Positions 8,333-19,685 are shown, counted from the stretch's first letter. The stretch is DNA of 50,845 nt from Candidatus Aminicenantes bacterium (GCA_017883305.1 JADGNU010000003.1:1-50845), one strand, 5' to 3'. Program-made: numbers and translations. Notes: generated by a model not told the origin, from the sequence alone.

Positions 8333-9250
8333 ATGAGAGTCCTGGCACGATCCCTTATCACGCTCTGCCTGGCCGCCGGGGCCCTTGGTGCAGCCTCGGG
8401 GCCGGGGAAGATCCGCATCATGGCCACGGTCTTTCCGCTCCGGGAATTCGCCGCAGCAGTGGCCGGAGAGCGGGGAGAGACGACGCTGCTGCTCCCGCCA
8501 GGTGCCGGGGTCCACACCTGGCAGCCCCGGCCCGAAGACATCGTCCGGCTTTCTGCATGCGATCTCCTCGTTTACATCGGCTCCGGCCTCGAGCCGTGGC
8601 TCCCCGACATGCTCAAGGCTTTTCCCCCGGGACGCATCCGGACGCTCGAGGCGGCGGCGGGCCTGGCCATCGCTGGCGCCGATGAAGACGAGGAACCCGG
8701 CCGGGAACACGCTCATGGCACACTCGATCCCCACGTCTGGCTCGATTTCGCCCTCGACCAGCACATCGTCGACCGGATCGCGGCCGAGCTCACCCGGCTC
8801 GATCCCGCCGGCGGTCCCGAGTTCACTGCGAACGCCGGACGGTTGAATGACCGCCTGAAGAAGCTGGACGACGAGTTCCGGGCCGGCCTCGCCGGCTGTC
8901 GCGGCAGGGATATCGTCCTGGCCGGCCATGACGCTTTCGGGTATCTGGCCCACCGATACGGCCTCGTCCAGACCGCCCTTTATGGGCTCAGCCCGGACGC
9001 CCAGCCGAAGCCGAGAGACCTCATGAAGGCCGTCGACTTCTGCCGGCGCAAAGGCATCAAGACGATCTTTTTCGAGAATTCCGTCCCGCCCGACCTCTCA
9101 AGAACCCTGGCCCGGGAGATCGGGGGCCGCATCCTGGTCCTTCAGGCCGGCCATAATCTCACTCGCGATCAGCAGGCCAAAGGAATCGGCTTCTTCGAGC
9201 TCATGGAAGGGAACTTGGCCGCCCTCAAAGACGGGCTGGGGTGCCGGTGA
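8333..9250 (+). CDS. znuA: Zn/Mn ABC transporter substrate-binding protein
   Basis: Signal peptide, metal ligands in GVHTWQP, DPHVWLD and GHDAFGY, and a short His/acidic loop (EDEEPGREHAHG). Confidence 0.88.
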   Translation: MRVLARSLITLCLAAGALGAASGPGKIRIMATVFPLREFAAAVAGERGETTLLLPPGAGVHTWQPRPEDIVRLSACDLLVYIGSGLEPWLPDMLKAFPPGRIRTLEAAAGLAIAGADEDEEPGREHAHGTLDPHVWLDFALDQHIVDRIAAELTRLDPAGGPEFTANAGRLNDRLKKLDDEFRAGLAGCRGRDIVLAGHDAFGYLAHRYGLVQTALYGLSPDAQPKPRDLMKAVDFCRRKGIKTIFFENSVPPDLSRTLAREIGGRILVLQAGHNLTRDQQAKGIGFFELMEGNLAALKDGLGCR

Positions 9251-9254
9251 GACC

Positions 9255-9998
9255 ATGAGCCTTGTCGTTCTCCGGGATGTCTCCTTTGCTTATGACGGAA
9301 CGCCCGTCCTGGTCGACATCGATCTCGTCATCGAAGAAGGCGATTTCCTGGCCATCATCGGGCCCAACGGGTCGGGCAAGACAACTCTGGTCAAGATCAT
9401 CCTTGGCCTCCTCCGCCCCACGGCGGGCCAGGTCGAGATCTTCGGCAAGCCCCCGGCGCAATTTTCGAATTGGGACAAGATCGGGTATGTCCCCCAGAAA
9501 GCGACCCACATCGACCCGTTCTTCCCGGCCTCGGTCGACGAGGTCGTCGGCATGGCCCTCATATCCAGCCGGCGGCAGGGGAGCGCCAAGGGCCGGGAGG
9601 CCCGGGCCAAAGTGCGCCGGGCTCTCGAGGTCGTCGGCATGGCCGAGTTCGGCCGGGAGCCGATCGGCCGGCTTTCGGGCGGCCAGCAGCAGCGCGTCTT
9701 CATCGCCCGGGCCCTCGTCACGTCCCCCCGGGTCCTTTTCCTCGACGAGCCGACGACCGGGGTCGACGCCGAGACGCAGACCGCTTTCTACGACATGCTC
9801 GACCGCTTGAACCGGAGCGAGGGCTTGACCATCGTCCTCGTCACCCACGACATCGGCATCGTCAATAAGCACGTCAACCGCGTCGCCTGCCTCAACCAGA
9901 AGCTGATCTATCACGGCGACCATGCGGGCTTCTGCCGGTCGGACGCGTTCCGGGACATGATCGGCCACGGCGACCATCTCATCTCCCACGAGCACTAG
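9255..9998 (+). CDS. znuC: Zn/Mn ABC transporter ATPase
   Basis: Walker A GPNGSGKT, signature LSGGQQQR, Walker B FLDEP, H-loop VTHD, His-rich C-terminus. Confidence 0.92.
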   Translation: MSLVVLRDVSFAYDGTPVLVDIDLVIEEGDFLAIIGPNGSGKTTLVKIILGLLRPTAGQVEIFGKPPAQFSNWDKIGYVPQKATHIDPFFPASVDEVVGMALISSRRQGSAKGREARAKVRRALEVVGMAEFGREPIGRLSGGQQQRVFIARALVTSPRVLFLDEPTTGVDAETQTAFYDMLDRLNRSEGLTIVLVTHDIGIVNKHVNRVACLNQKLIYHGDHAGFCRSDAFRDMIGHGDHLISHEH

Positions 9999-10005
9999 CA
10001 CGCCG

Positions 10006-10827
10006 ATGAACGCGCTCTTCGCCTACGGCTTTCTCCAACGGGCTTTTCTCGCGGGCATCCTCATCGCCGTCGCGTGCGCCGTTTTGGGCGTCTTCCTCAT
10101 CCTGCGCAAGGATGCGATGATCGGTCACGGCCTGTCCCACATCGCCTTTGCCGGCGTCGCGCTGGGGCTCTTCCTGAACGTCCTGCCGCTCGCCGCGGCC
10201 CTCGCCGTGGCCGTCGCGAGCGCTTTGGCGATCGTCAAGCTCAAAGGCCGGGCCGGCCTCCACGGCGATACGGCCATCGGCATCTTCAGCAGCCTGGGCA
10301 TGGCCGTCGGCATCCTCCTGGCCTCCCTGGCCCGGAGCTTCAACGTCGAGCTGATGTCCTATCTTTTCGGGGACATCCTGGCCATCGAGCCGCTCGAGGT
10401 CTGGTTGTCGACCGGATTGGCCGTCGCCGTCCTCGTGACAGTCTGGCTGAACTACGACAAGCTCCTGTTCATGACCTTCGACCGCGAATCGGCGCGGGCG
10501 GCCGGGATCAAGATCGGGCGCTTGGATACCCTGTTGATGGTGCTCACGGCCGTCACCATCGTCCTGGGGATGAAGGTCGCGGGGATCCTGCTTGTGGCCG
10601 CCCTGATCGTCATTCCGGCGGCCGCCGGGCTGCAGGTCGCACGGAACTTCCGGACGGCCGTGCTGGCCTCGGCCGTCATCGCCGTCGCCGCGGTGGCGGG
10701 CGGTCTGGCCCTTTCGATCGCCGTCAACATCCCCGCTTCGGCGGCGATCGTCATCCTGTGTTTCGTCGCCTTCGGGGCGCTCTTCGTGCTGAAGAGAGGA
10801 CGGGGCCTTCCCCCGGCCTCGGACTGA
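10006..10827 (+). CDS. znuB: Zn/Mn ABC transporter permease
   Basis: Hydrophobic multi-TM protein with GLSHIAFAG, YLFGDILA, TFDRESARAAG, LIVIPAAA. Confidence 0.9.
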   Translation: MNALFAYGFLQRAFLAGILIAVACAVLGVFLILRKDAMIGHGLSHIAFAGVALGLFLNVLPLAAALAVAVASALAIVKLKGRAGLHGDTAIGIFSSLGMAVGILLASLARSFNVELMSYLFGDILAIEPLEVWLSTGLAVAVLVTVWLNYDKLLFMTFDRESARAAGIKIGRLDTLLMVLTAVTIVLGMKVAGILLVAALIVIPAAAGLQVARNFRTAVLASAVIAVAAVAGGLALSIAVNIPASAAIVILCFVAFGALFVLKRGRGLPPASD

Positions 10828-10829
10828 TC

Positions 10830-12515
10830 TCAGTCCGTTTTCGGCCCGGCCAAGACGTTAGCGACGATTTCGCGGACGGACTTCCCTTCCTTGTCGAGGG
10901 TCTTCCTGGCCGCCGACGCGCGGCGCTTCACCTGGTCCACGAATTTCGCGTCTTTGATCCCGCCGATGTTGATGAGGACGTTATCATAAGCCCCTTCGCC
11001 CGCCGCCTGGGCCGCAAGGCCGGCGACTCCGGCGTCGCTCAGGGAATTCTTGTTCCCCTTGGCCGCCGCGATCCGGGCCAGGCCGACCGCGTCGACGGCC
11101 TTTTCGAGGACTTCGAGAGGCACGAGGGTCGCCTCCTTGTTCGCCTCCTCGATGGCCCGGTCCTTTTCCTGGGCCTGTTCGGGAGTCGTCTTGGGCAGGC
11201 GGAAGGCCTCCATGACCTTGTTGAAGGCATTGGTGTCGCGGTCGACCGCGTCAAGGAGAAAGTCCTTGAGCGCCTGCGCCTCGACGGCCGTGGCGACCAT
11301 CTCGCCGCAGACGGCCTCGTAGCCCTTCTTGCCGACGGTCAGGTTGGCAACCATGGCCGACAGGCCCGCCGATAGGGCGCCGCAGAGTGCCGCGACGCTC
11401 CCGCCGCCCGGAGCCGGGGAATCCATCGACAGCTCATCGGTGAAGCCGCGGAGGGTCATGCCGACCAGAGCGGGCCCGGGCTCGCGGACCTGGTTCTCGA
11501 TGATCTTCTTTTCCGGCTCGAACGGCACGACGTCGGAGAGCCCGAGGGACCGGACGGCCATCCGGATGAGCTCCGCCTCGGGGACGCCGGGGCTCTTGCC
11601 CTGCTTTTCGAGGTAGTAGCGGCCGGCCATGAGGAGCGCCTCTTTGGGGATAAGGCCGACGAGCTCGCTCCCGGTGACGCGCAGGCCGAGCTTTCCGGCG
11701 AGCCGGACGGCCTCGTCGAAAACGACATGGACCGGCGTCTTCTTATAGTCGGTGAAATTGACCGAGATCTGCGCCACTCCGTAATCCTCGACGTACCAGC
11801 CGACAGACTTGACCTCTTTGAATTTCCCAGGGACCTTGACCGTGCTGCCCCGGACGTCCTTGACCACGTCGCCGTTCTTATCGCGCTTGGCCCGGCCGCT
11901 CTCCCGGAGGCTCAGGGCGATCTCGTGGGCGAGCTTGCGGTCGCGGGTGTTGAGGTTGATGTTGTAGGCGATGAGGAATTCGCGGGCCCCGATGATCGTC
12001 GCTCCGGACTTGGGGTTGAAAACGGCCTCGCCGAAATCGGGCGCCCAGCGCGGGTTCTTGAGCTTCTCAGGAAGGCCTTCGTATTCGCCGGCCCTCACGG
12101 TGGCCAGGTTCCGCCGCTCGGGGCGGCGGGCCGCGGCCTCGTAGAGATAGACGGGGATCGCGAGCTCGCCGGCCACCCTCCGGCCGAGGTCGGCGGCCAG
12201 CCGGACGCAGTCCTCCATGGTCACCCCCGAGACGGGGACGAAGGGGCAGACGTCCGTCGCGCCCATGCGGGGATGGGCGCCTTTGTGCGCGCGCATGTCG
12301 ATGACCTCGGCGGCCTTGGCGATGGCCCGGAAGGCCGCCTCCACCGCCGCCTCGGGCGGGCCCACAAAGGTCACGACGGTCCGGTTCGTCGAGGCCCCGG
12401 GGTCGACGTCCAGGAGCTTGACGCCCGGCACGGCTTCGATCTCACGGGTGATGGACCGGATCTTGTCCAGATCCCGGCCTTCGCTGAAATTCGGCACGCA
12501 TTCGACGAGCTTCAT
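10830..12515 (-). CDS. ftcD: Bifunctional glutamate formimidoyltransferase / formimidoyltetrahydrofolate cyclodeaminase
   Basis: MKLVECVPNFSEGR, HPRMGATDVCPFVP, GEYEGL, GSELVGL. C-terminal cyclodeaminase domain with PAPGGGSVAAL and SDAGVA. Confidence 0.94.
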   Translation of the reverse strand: MKLVECVPNFSEGRDLDKIRSITREIEAVPGVKLLDVDPGASTNRTVVTFVGPPEAAVEAAFRAIAKAAEVIDMRAHKGAHPRMGATDVCPFVPVSGVTMEDCVRLAADLGRRVAGELAIPVYLYEAAARRPERRNLATVRAGEYEGLPEKLKNPRWAPDFGEAVFNPKSGATIIGAREFLIAYNINLNTRDRKLAHEIALSLRESGRAKRDKNGDVVKDVRGSTVKVPGKFKEVKSVGWYVEDYGVAQISVNFTDYKKTPVHVVFDEAVRLAGKLGLRVTGSELVGLIPKEALLMAGRYYLEKQGKSPGVPEAELIRMAVRSLGLSDVVPFEPEKKIIENQVREPGPALVGMTLRGFTDELSMDSPAPGGGSVAALCGALSAGLSAMVANLTVGKKGYEAVCGEMVATAVEAQALKDFLLDAVDRDTNAFNKVMEAFRLPKTTPEQAQEKDRAIEEANKEATLVPLEVLEKAVDAVGLARIAAAKGNKNSLSDAGVAGLAAQAAGEGAYDNVLINIGGIKDAKFVDQVKRRASAARKTLDKEGKSVREIVANVLAGPKTD

Positions 12516-14005
12516 CTGCCTTCTCCTTTGATGTGCTTGAGCTGCCCGCCGCTGTCATAGACCTCGACCGCGCCGAGATCGTTGAGGTACTGGCTGAGCC
12601 ACTCCGGCCGCCCGACGACGACCACGACCGGCCTTGCCAAAAGGTATCTTCGGGCGGCTTCCCGGACCCGTTCGGCGTTGACAAGCTTGATCTCTTCCGG
12701 CCCCTTGTCCCATTGGCCCGGGTCGAGGCGGAGCGCGACGTAGCGCGCCATCCACTCGGCGAATCCCGCAGACGACTCGAACCGGAGAGGCAGGCTCCCG
12801 ACGAGGTACGATTTGGCCTCCTCGATCTCGGAGGGGACCGCCGGACCGGAGGCCAGGGCGCCGATCTCGCCGACGATCTCGTGGATGGCCGGGACGATGG
12901 ACGCGGGCTCGACCAGGGCCCGGGCCCAATAGATCCCGCAGGATCCGAAGACCTCCATCTCGGTGAAGGCGTACGTGGCATAGCCCTTGGTCTCGCGCAG
13001 GTTCATGAACAGGCGGCTGCGGGTCGTCCCGCCCAGGATCTGCTTGAGCACCAGGAAGGGGTAGAAGTCCTGGCCGGAAGAGCCCATGATCACATTCCCG
13101 GCGAAGACCGTGGCGGCCGCGGATTCGGGAGCTTCGACGAAGCAAACCCGTTCCTTGCCGTTCGGCGGGGGGGGCGGAAGGGGCGCCCGCTCCGGGGCCG
13201 GACCGGTCCAGGCGCCGAAGAGGCTGCCGACCTTCTGAGCGATGGCCGCCCCGTCGATGTTTCCCGAGACAAGGACGGCCGCGTTCCCCGGCCGGTAGTA
13301 ACGGCCGTAGAATTCGGAGACGTCCCGGGTGGTGATGAACTTGACGACGTCCTCGCTGTAGGTCGCGACCCGATAGGGATGGTCCGCAAACAGGACGCTG
13401 AGGAGCTGCCGCCACCCGAGGACTTCGGGATCCTTCTTGCTCTCATAGAGCTGCCAGTAGGCCGTGCGCCGGACCGCGGCGAGCTCGCGCTCGCTGAACG
13501 TGGCTTCGATGGCCATGAGCCTGAGGATGTAGATGGCCCGATCGACGAGGTCCTTGTCGCCGAGCACGTTCATGGTCATGACCGTGTAATCCATAAAAAC
13601 GGTCACCGAGAACTGGGCCCCGAGAGATTCGATCATGTTCTCGAAGTAGTCCGCCGAGAGCATCTTTGTGCCTTTGCCGATCATCTGGGCCGTCACCGAG
13701 GCCAGCCCCGGCCGGTTCGGCGGCGAGTCCGCCTCCCCGGCACGGATGACGAGCTGGAGCGTGACCACTGAGGATTCGGGCCGCCGGGCCGTCGCGACCG
13801 TGAGACCGTTCGGCAAGGCGAAGGTCAGGACGGGGGGCAGCTTGAGCTCCAGGCGCTGCGCGTCGGGAAGGGGAGGCGTCCTCCGGAACCTTTCCTGCGC
13901 CCCGGCGGGAAGAGACAGGGATAAAAGGACGGCCAGACCCATGGCCGGCACGGTCTGAGAGGCCGGGGGGCCGGCGCGGCGGCGCGAGGAAACCTGGTGC
14001 CTCAT
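12512..14005 (-). CDS. M16B peptidase-like subunit (non-catalytic, R/Y-bearing type), exported
   Basis: LPNGLTV; GLASVTAQMIGKGT in place of HxxEH; HPY; YYRPGNA; SRLFMNLRETKGY. ATG 14005 overlaps the upstream stop (ATGA). Signal-like GLAVLLSLSLPAGAQ. Confidence 0.85.
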   Translation of the reverse strand: MRHQVSSRRRAGPPASQTVPAMGLAVLLSLSLPAGAQERFRRTPPLPDAQRLELKLPPVLTFALPNGLTVATARRPESSVVTLQLVIRAGEADSPPNRPGLASVTAQMIGKGTKMLSADYFENMIESLGAQFSVTVFMDYTVMTMNVLGDKDLVDRAIYILRLMAIEATFSERELAAVRRTAYWQLYESKKDPEVLGWRQLLSVLFADHPYRVATYSEDVVKFITTRDVSEFYGRYYRPGNAAVLVSGNIDGAAIAQKVGSLFGAWTGPAPERAPLPPPPPNGKERVCFVEAPESAAATVFAGNVIMGSSGQDFYPFLVLKQILGGTTRSRLFMNLRETKGYATYAFTEMEVFGSCGIYWARALVEPASIVPAIHEIVGEIGALASGPAVPSEIEEAKSYLVGSLPLRFESSAGFAEWMARYVALRLDPGQWDKGPEEIKLVNAERVREAARRYLLARPVVVVVGRPEWLSQYLNDLGAVEVYDSGGQLKHIKGEGR

Positions 14006-15336
14006 TGCGGTCCGAACTCCAGGACGACACGGTTTTGGGGCGTGAAATACTTGCCGGCGAAGGCTTCCAGGGTCTGAGGGCTGACGCTCACGACGGCGTC
14101 GAGCTCCCCGCCGAGCGTATCGAGCCGCTTTCCAGCGAAAACGGCGTCGACAAGGAACCGCGCTTTTCCGAGGTTCGTCGACAGGCGGTCGAAGTAATCC
14201 TTTTTGAACCGGCGCCTGGCTTTGATGAGCTCGTCCTGGGAGATAGCGTTGGATCGGAGCCTGTCGATCTCCGCCAGAATGCCTTTCTCGGAGCGAGCCA
14301 CCATAACGGCGTTCGTCGCGAGGCAGAACAGCTTCAGGGTGGCAATGCTCGGCTTTTCGTCCAGCGCCCCCGTGAGATAGCGGGCCGTCAGGTCGTGCCG
14401 GAGCAGACGAGACCTCATCCGGGACGTCTCGCCCTCGAGGAGGACGTATTGGAGGATACGCAAGCAATCCGTGTCGCCCGCCTGGAGAGGGAAGAACCGG
14501 AACCCCATGTGAAAGCCGGCGCTCCCCACAGGGATCTTGACGGAGCGCACGACGGCGTCGTTTTCCCGCCTGATCTCGGGACGGGGAGGGGAGGGGCTAT
14601 CGAGGCCCGGCGGGATCGAGTCGAAATACCTCGCAACGAGCTCGCGCGTCCGGCCGGCGTCGATATTGCCGACGATGCAAAGAACGGCGTTGTTCGGGAC
14701 GTAGTAGGTCTTATGGAACTCGAGGATCTCGGCCTCGGCCAGGTCGCTCATGCGGGGCCCGATCAGCGGATGCCCGTAGAGGTGATCGGGGAAAAGGAGC
14801 GAGTCGAATTCCGAGAACGTCCCGAGGTAGGGGTCGGCGGCCACCCTCTCCGCGTGTTCCTTGAGCAGGTCCTCGCGCGTCCGGTCGATGGCGGCCGGGG
14901 TGATGACCAGGGACTTCATCCGGTCGGACTCGAGCCACAGGGCCAAGGCGAGCTGGTTCGAGGGGAGCGTTTCGTAGAATAGGGCCTTATCCAAGGTCGT
15001 GGTCGCGTTGAGCTCCCCGCCGACCTTCTGGACGAAGGCGATGTGCTGAAGGGGGCTGACATTGTCCGACCCCTGGAACATCAGGTTCTCCAGCAAATAA
15101 GCCAGCCCCTCCTGGCCGGGCTTTTCCCGGAGGGTTCCGGCGCCGTAACCGATGGCCACCGTCACCAGAGGAAGGCGGGCATCTTCGGACAGGATGACAT
15201 GGAGTCCGTTCCTCAGCCTGTATTCCTGAAAGGCGAAAGGCAGGCTGCCGGGAGCGGCGGCTTCCTGGGATCCGGATGCCTGGAGGGAGGGAAGGACGAC
15301 GGCCAAGATGATGAGCGCCCGGGCCGTTCTGTTCAT
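14002..15336 (-). CDS. M16B peptidase-like subunit with a degenerate zinc motif, exported
   Basis: Signal peptide, LRNGLHVIL, GLAYLLENLMFQGS (HxxEH position), GGELNATT, LWLESDRM, HPLIG, YYVPNNAVL. Confidence 0.87.
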   Translation of the reverse strand: MNRTARALIILAVVLPSLQASGSQEAAAPGSLPFAFQEYRLRNGLHVILSEDARLPLVTVAIGYGAGTLREKPGQEGLAYLLENLMFQGSDNVSPLQHIAFVQKVGGELNATTTLDKALFYETLPSNQLALALWLESDRMKSLVITPAAIDRTREDLLKEHAERVAADPYLGTFSEFDSLLFPDHLYGHPLIGPRMSDLAEAEILEFHKTYYVPNNAVLCIVGNIDAGRTRELVARYFDSIPPGLDSPSPPRPEIRRENDAVVRSVKIPVGSAGFHMGFRFFPLQAGDTDCLRILQYVLLEGETSRMRSRLLRHDLTARYLTGALDEKPSIATLKLFCLATNAVMVARSEKGILAEIDRLRSNAISQDELIKARRRFKKDYFDRLSTNLGKARFLVDAVFAGKRLDTLGGELDAVVSVSPQTLEAFAGKYFTPQNRVVLEFGPQ

Positions 15337-15379
15337 TTCTCTTGAGAAAGCCTTGGAACTAAACAATATTCAACAATAG

Positions 15380-16726
<1,347 letters not shown>

Positions 16727-16751
16727 GCGGCGGCCGGGCTCTCCGGAAGCG

Positions 16752-17519
16752 CTATCTTTGTTCGCCGATCAACCGCAAGTAACGGGCGATCGTGTCCCGA
16801 GTCGCCGCATCCGTGACTTTTCCCTGGATCTTGAGGAAGACCTGCTTGGATTGGGCGTAATCCCCGTTCTTGAAATAGGCCACGGCCAGATTGTAGTTGA
16901 AGAGGACCTCTTCGGGCACGATCTTGACGGCTGCTTCGTAGGAGGAAACGGCCTCGCCGAGGTTATTCTGTTTTTCGAAGATCTGGGCTCGGAGGTTGTA
17001 GGCCATGGCCAGACGGGGCTTGATCTGGATGGCCTTCTGGACGTTATCCAGGGCGTCATCGAGCCTGTTCTGGAGGACGTAGAGCCGGGCGAGGTTGAAA
17101 TAGGGCAGCTCCCGGTTCTGGTAGGTAAGGTCGGCCAGGGCCTTGAGGAATTCTCCCTCGGCCTTGTCGAGCTGGTTCATCTCCTGGTAGACCGTGCCCA
17201 GGTTGTTGCGGGCCTCGGTGAACTGGGGATTGGCTTCCAGGCATTTCTGGTAAGCCTTGACCGATTCGTCCAGGCGGCCCCTCATCGAATGGGCCAGCCC
17301 CAGGCCGTTCCAGGCGAGATAATATTTCGTGTCGAGGGATAGGGCCTTGACGAAGTATTTTGTCGCGTTCTCGACGTCGCTCTGGTTGAGATAGAACAAG
17401 CCGAGGTTGTACTGATACTTGGGGTCGTTCTCCCGCGCCCTCTGGACCTTGGCCTGCGAGGACGCGCAGAAGGCGAGGCTGGCACAGATCGTTACGACAG
17501 CAAGGGCTTTGGCTCTCAT
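16752..17519 (-). CDS. TPR-repeat lipoprotein (PilF/PilW-like)
   Basis: Start MRAKALAVVTICASLAFC with lipobox LAFC. Tandem TPRs (YQYNLG, AWNGLG, ARNNLG, PYFNLA, AYNLRA, FNYNLA) and a YQNRELPYFNL segment reminiscent of PilF/PilW. Confidence 0.8.
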   Translation of the reverse strand: MRAKALAVVTICASLAFCASSQAKVQRARENDPKYQYNLGLFYLNQSDVENATKYFVKALSLDTKYYLAWNGLGLAHSMRGRLDESVKAYQKCLEANPQFTEARNNLGTVYQEMNQLDKAEGEFLKALADLTYQNRELPYFNLARLYVLQNRLDDALDNVQKAIQIKPRLAMAYNLRAQIFEKQNNLGEAVSSYEAAVKIVPEEVLFNYNLAVAYFKNGDYAQSKQVFLKIQGKVTDAATRDTIARYLRLIGEQR

Positions 17520-17551
17520 CCGTCTCCTCCTTGACTCGGGATCCCCGGCCA

Positions 17552-18547
17552 TCACTCCGCCTTGAGCGCCCGGGACATCAGCTGTTCCACGGCTTTCTTG
17601 GCAGACTTGCCGCGGTAAAGGACCTGGTAGATCTCTTCGGATATGGGCATCTCCACGCCGAGGGCCCGGGAGATGCGGCGGGCGGCGACCGTCGTGTGGA
17701 CGCCCTCGGCCACCATCCTCATCCCGGCCAGGATCTCGCGGAGCGTCCGGCCTTTGCCCAGCTCGTGGCCGACACGGTGGTTGCGGCTCAGCTCGCCGGT
17801 GCACGTCAGCACGAGATCGCCGAACCCGGCCAGTCCGGAGAAGGTTTCCTTCCGCGCGCCGAGCGCCAACCCCAGGTTGGTGATCTCGACGTTGCCGCGG
17901 GTGATGAGCGCGGCCCGCGTGTTCAGGCCGAACTTCAAGGCGTCGGCGATGCCGGCCGCGATGGCCACGACGTTCTTCAGCGCGCCGGCCACCTCGACGC
18001 CGGTCACGTCGGTCGAGGTGTAGGCGCGGAGGGACAGGCTTGAAATGAGGTGCTGGACGTCCCGGGCTGCGGAGGTTTCGCGCGACGCGACGACCAGGGC
18101 CGTGGGGTGGCCGGCGGCGACCTCCTTGGCAAAGCTCGGCCCGGACAGGACGGCCAGCCGGGGCCGGGCGTGAGGCCGGAAGACCTCCTCCATGACCTGG
18201 CTCATGCGCATGAGCGTCTTCTTGTCGAAGCCCTTGGTCAGGCTGACGACGACCTGATCCCGCCGCAGAACGGGGGCGATCCGGGTATAGACGGACCGGC
18301 AGAACTGGGACGGAACGGCGATGAAGACGGCGTCGCCGAAGGTCGCCGATTCCCTCAGGTCGTCCGTGAACCCCACGGTATCCGGAAAGCGGAAGCCGGG
18401 GAGGAAGGCCGCGTTTTCCCGGGTCTCGAGGGCCTCGCGCAGGATGTCTTTTTCGCGGATCCAGAGCAGGGTGGGCAGGCCGATCGATCCGAGATGCCTG
18501 GCGAAAGCAGAACCCCAGCTTCCGCCGCCTATGACGCACGTGTTCAT
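17552..18547 (-). CDS. gpsA: NAD(P)H-dependent glycerol-3-phosphate dehydrogenase
   Basis: Motifs GGGSWG, TKG, LSGPSFAKEV, GALKNVVAI, GLAGFGDLVLTC, SRN, AEGV. Confidence 0.95.
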   Translation of the reverse strand: MNTCVIGGGSWGSAFARHLGSIGLPTLLWIREKDILREALETRENAAFLPGFRFPDTVGFTDDLRESATFGDAVFIAVPSQFCRSVYTRIAPVLRRDQVVVSLTKGFDKKTLMRMSQVMEEVFRPHARPRLAVLSGPSFAKEVAAGHPTALVVASRETSAARDVQHLISSLSLRAYTSTDVTGVEVAGALKNVVAIAAGIADALKFGLNTRAALITRGNVEITNLGLALGARKETFSGLAGFGDLVLTCTGELSRNHRVGHELGKGRTLREILAGMRMVAEGVHTTVAARRISRALGVEMPISEEIYQVLYRGKSAKKAVEQLMSRALKAE

Positions 18548-19134
18548 GTCGCTCTCTCCCCGAGCTTTCTTTCAGCGCCCTGGAGCAACCTTCTGATATT
18601 GCCGCCGTGGCGGAAGACGACCAAAGCGGCGATGACCAGGGCGACCGCCGCCACGGCCGCGGATCCGCCCCCGGCGAGAACGATCACCGGAAAGGCGAGG
18701 GCGCCCACGATCGATCCAAGAGACACGAAGCGCGTTAGTCCGACGACGATCAAGAATAGGCCCATGCTCGCGAGGCAGGGGACCCAGGCGATGGCCGCGA
18801 AAGCACCGAGGGAGGTGGCCACCCCTTTCCCGCCGCGGAAGCCGATCGAGAACGGGAAGCAGTGCCCGACGACGGCCAGAAGCCCGCAGAAGGCCGCGAA
18901 CACCGGGTCCTCGAACCATTTCGAGGCCAGAAAGACGGGCAAGAAGCCCTTCAGGAGGTCGAAAACGACCACCGGGAGGGCGACTTTCCAGCCTTTGACC
19001 CGCAGGACGTTGGTCGCCCCCGTGCTGCCGCTCCCGAATTGACGGACGTCCCTTGTCCCGGACCAGCGGGCCATCAGGTAACCGGTCGGGATGGAGCCGG
19101 CGAGATAAGACGCGACGGCGACGAGGATCTTCAT
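18544..19134 (-). CDS. plsY: Glycerol-3-phosphate acyltransferase
   Basis: Motifs YLAGSIP, GSGSTGATNVLR, DLLKG, GHCFP, FRGGKGVAT, HGGNIRRL. Confidence 0.94.
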   Translation of the reverse strand: MKILVAVASYLAGSIPTGYLMARWSGTRDVRQFGSGSTGATNVLRVKGWKVALPVVVFDLLKGFLPVFLASKWFEDPVFAAFCGLLAVVGHCFPFSIGFRGGKGVATSLGAFAAIAWVPCLASMGLFLIVVGLTRFVSLGSIVGALAFPVIVLAGGGSAAVAAVALVIAALVVFRHGGNIRRLLQGAERKLGERAT

Positions 19135-19685
19135 GGGAGAACAGCCTCGAAGACGATCCGGTACTCCGCGCCCTCCGGATGGAGAAGGCTCTCGAAGAGG
19201 GCGACCTTGCGGACGGTCATGGCCCCGAAGGACTTCTCGCGGTGCTTGACCAGCTCGCTCATCGCCTTGGCGACCCGTTCCGGGCCCTTGACCCGGCCGA
19301 GAGTCAGGTGAGGCGTGAAGGCCCGCTTCTCTTTCTCGAAGCCCTTGGCCTCGAGCGCGGTGTCGATATCTTCCTGAATGGCCAGCAGTTCTGGCTCGGC
19401 GGCGAACCCGACCCAAAGGACGCGCGGGCTCATCTCGCTTGGAAAGGCGCCCGTGCCCTTGACGAGGAGAGGGAAGGCGTGGTGAAGGGCGGCGATGTCT
19501 TTAAGGATCTCCTTCAACCAGAGCGTCTGAGTCTCGTCGATCGGACCGAGGAACTTGAGCGTCAAATGCATCCCCTCGTCGCTCACCCAGCGAATGTCGG
19601 CCCGCGTGGCCCGGAGGTCCCGGACGAGGGAGCGCAGGGACTCCTTGATCTCGGGTTCGAGGTCGATGGCGATGAAGGCTCTCAC
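19131..19685 (-). CDS. thpR: RNA 2',3'-cyclic phosphodiesterase (2'-5' RNA ligase family)
   Basis: GTG start VRAFIAIDL; two 2H motifs, HLTLKFLG and FTPHLTLGR. Confidence 0.92.
   Translation of the reverse strand: MRAFIAIDLEPEIKESLRSLVRDLRATRADIRWVSDEGMHLTLKFLGPIDETQTLWLKEILKDIAALHHAFPLLVKGTGAFPSEMSPRVLWVGFAAEPELLAIQEDIDTALEAKGFEKEKRAFTPHLTLGRVKGPERVAKAMSELVKHREKSFGAMTVRKVALFESLLHPEGAEYRIVFEAVLP

Noticed and set aside
12512-14467. Long N-terminal extensions in the ORF track (also 16752-18539, 19131-20609, 21419-23185, 25951-27663, 34852-36159, 35460-37616) suggesting fusions
   Set aside because: The extensions overlap upstream genes in another frame. True starts are at downstream ATG/GTG/TTG codons with SDs or stop-start overlaps.
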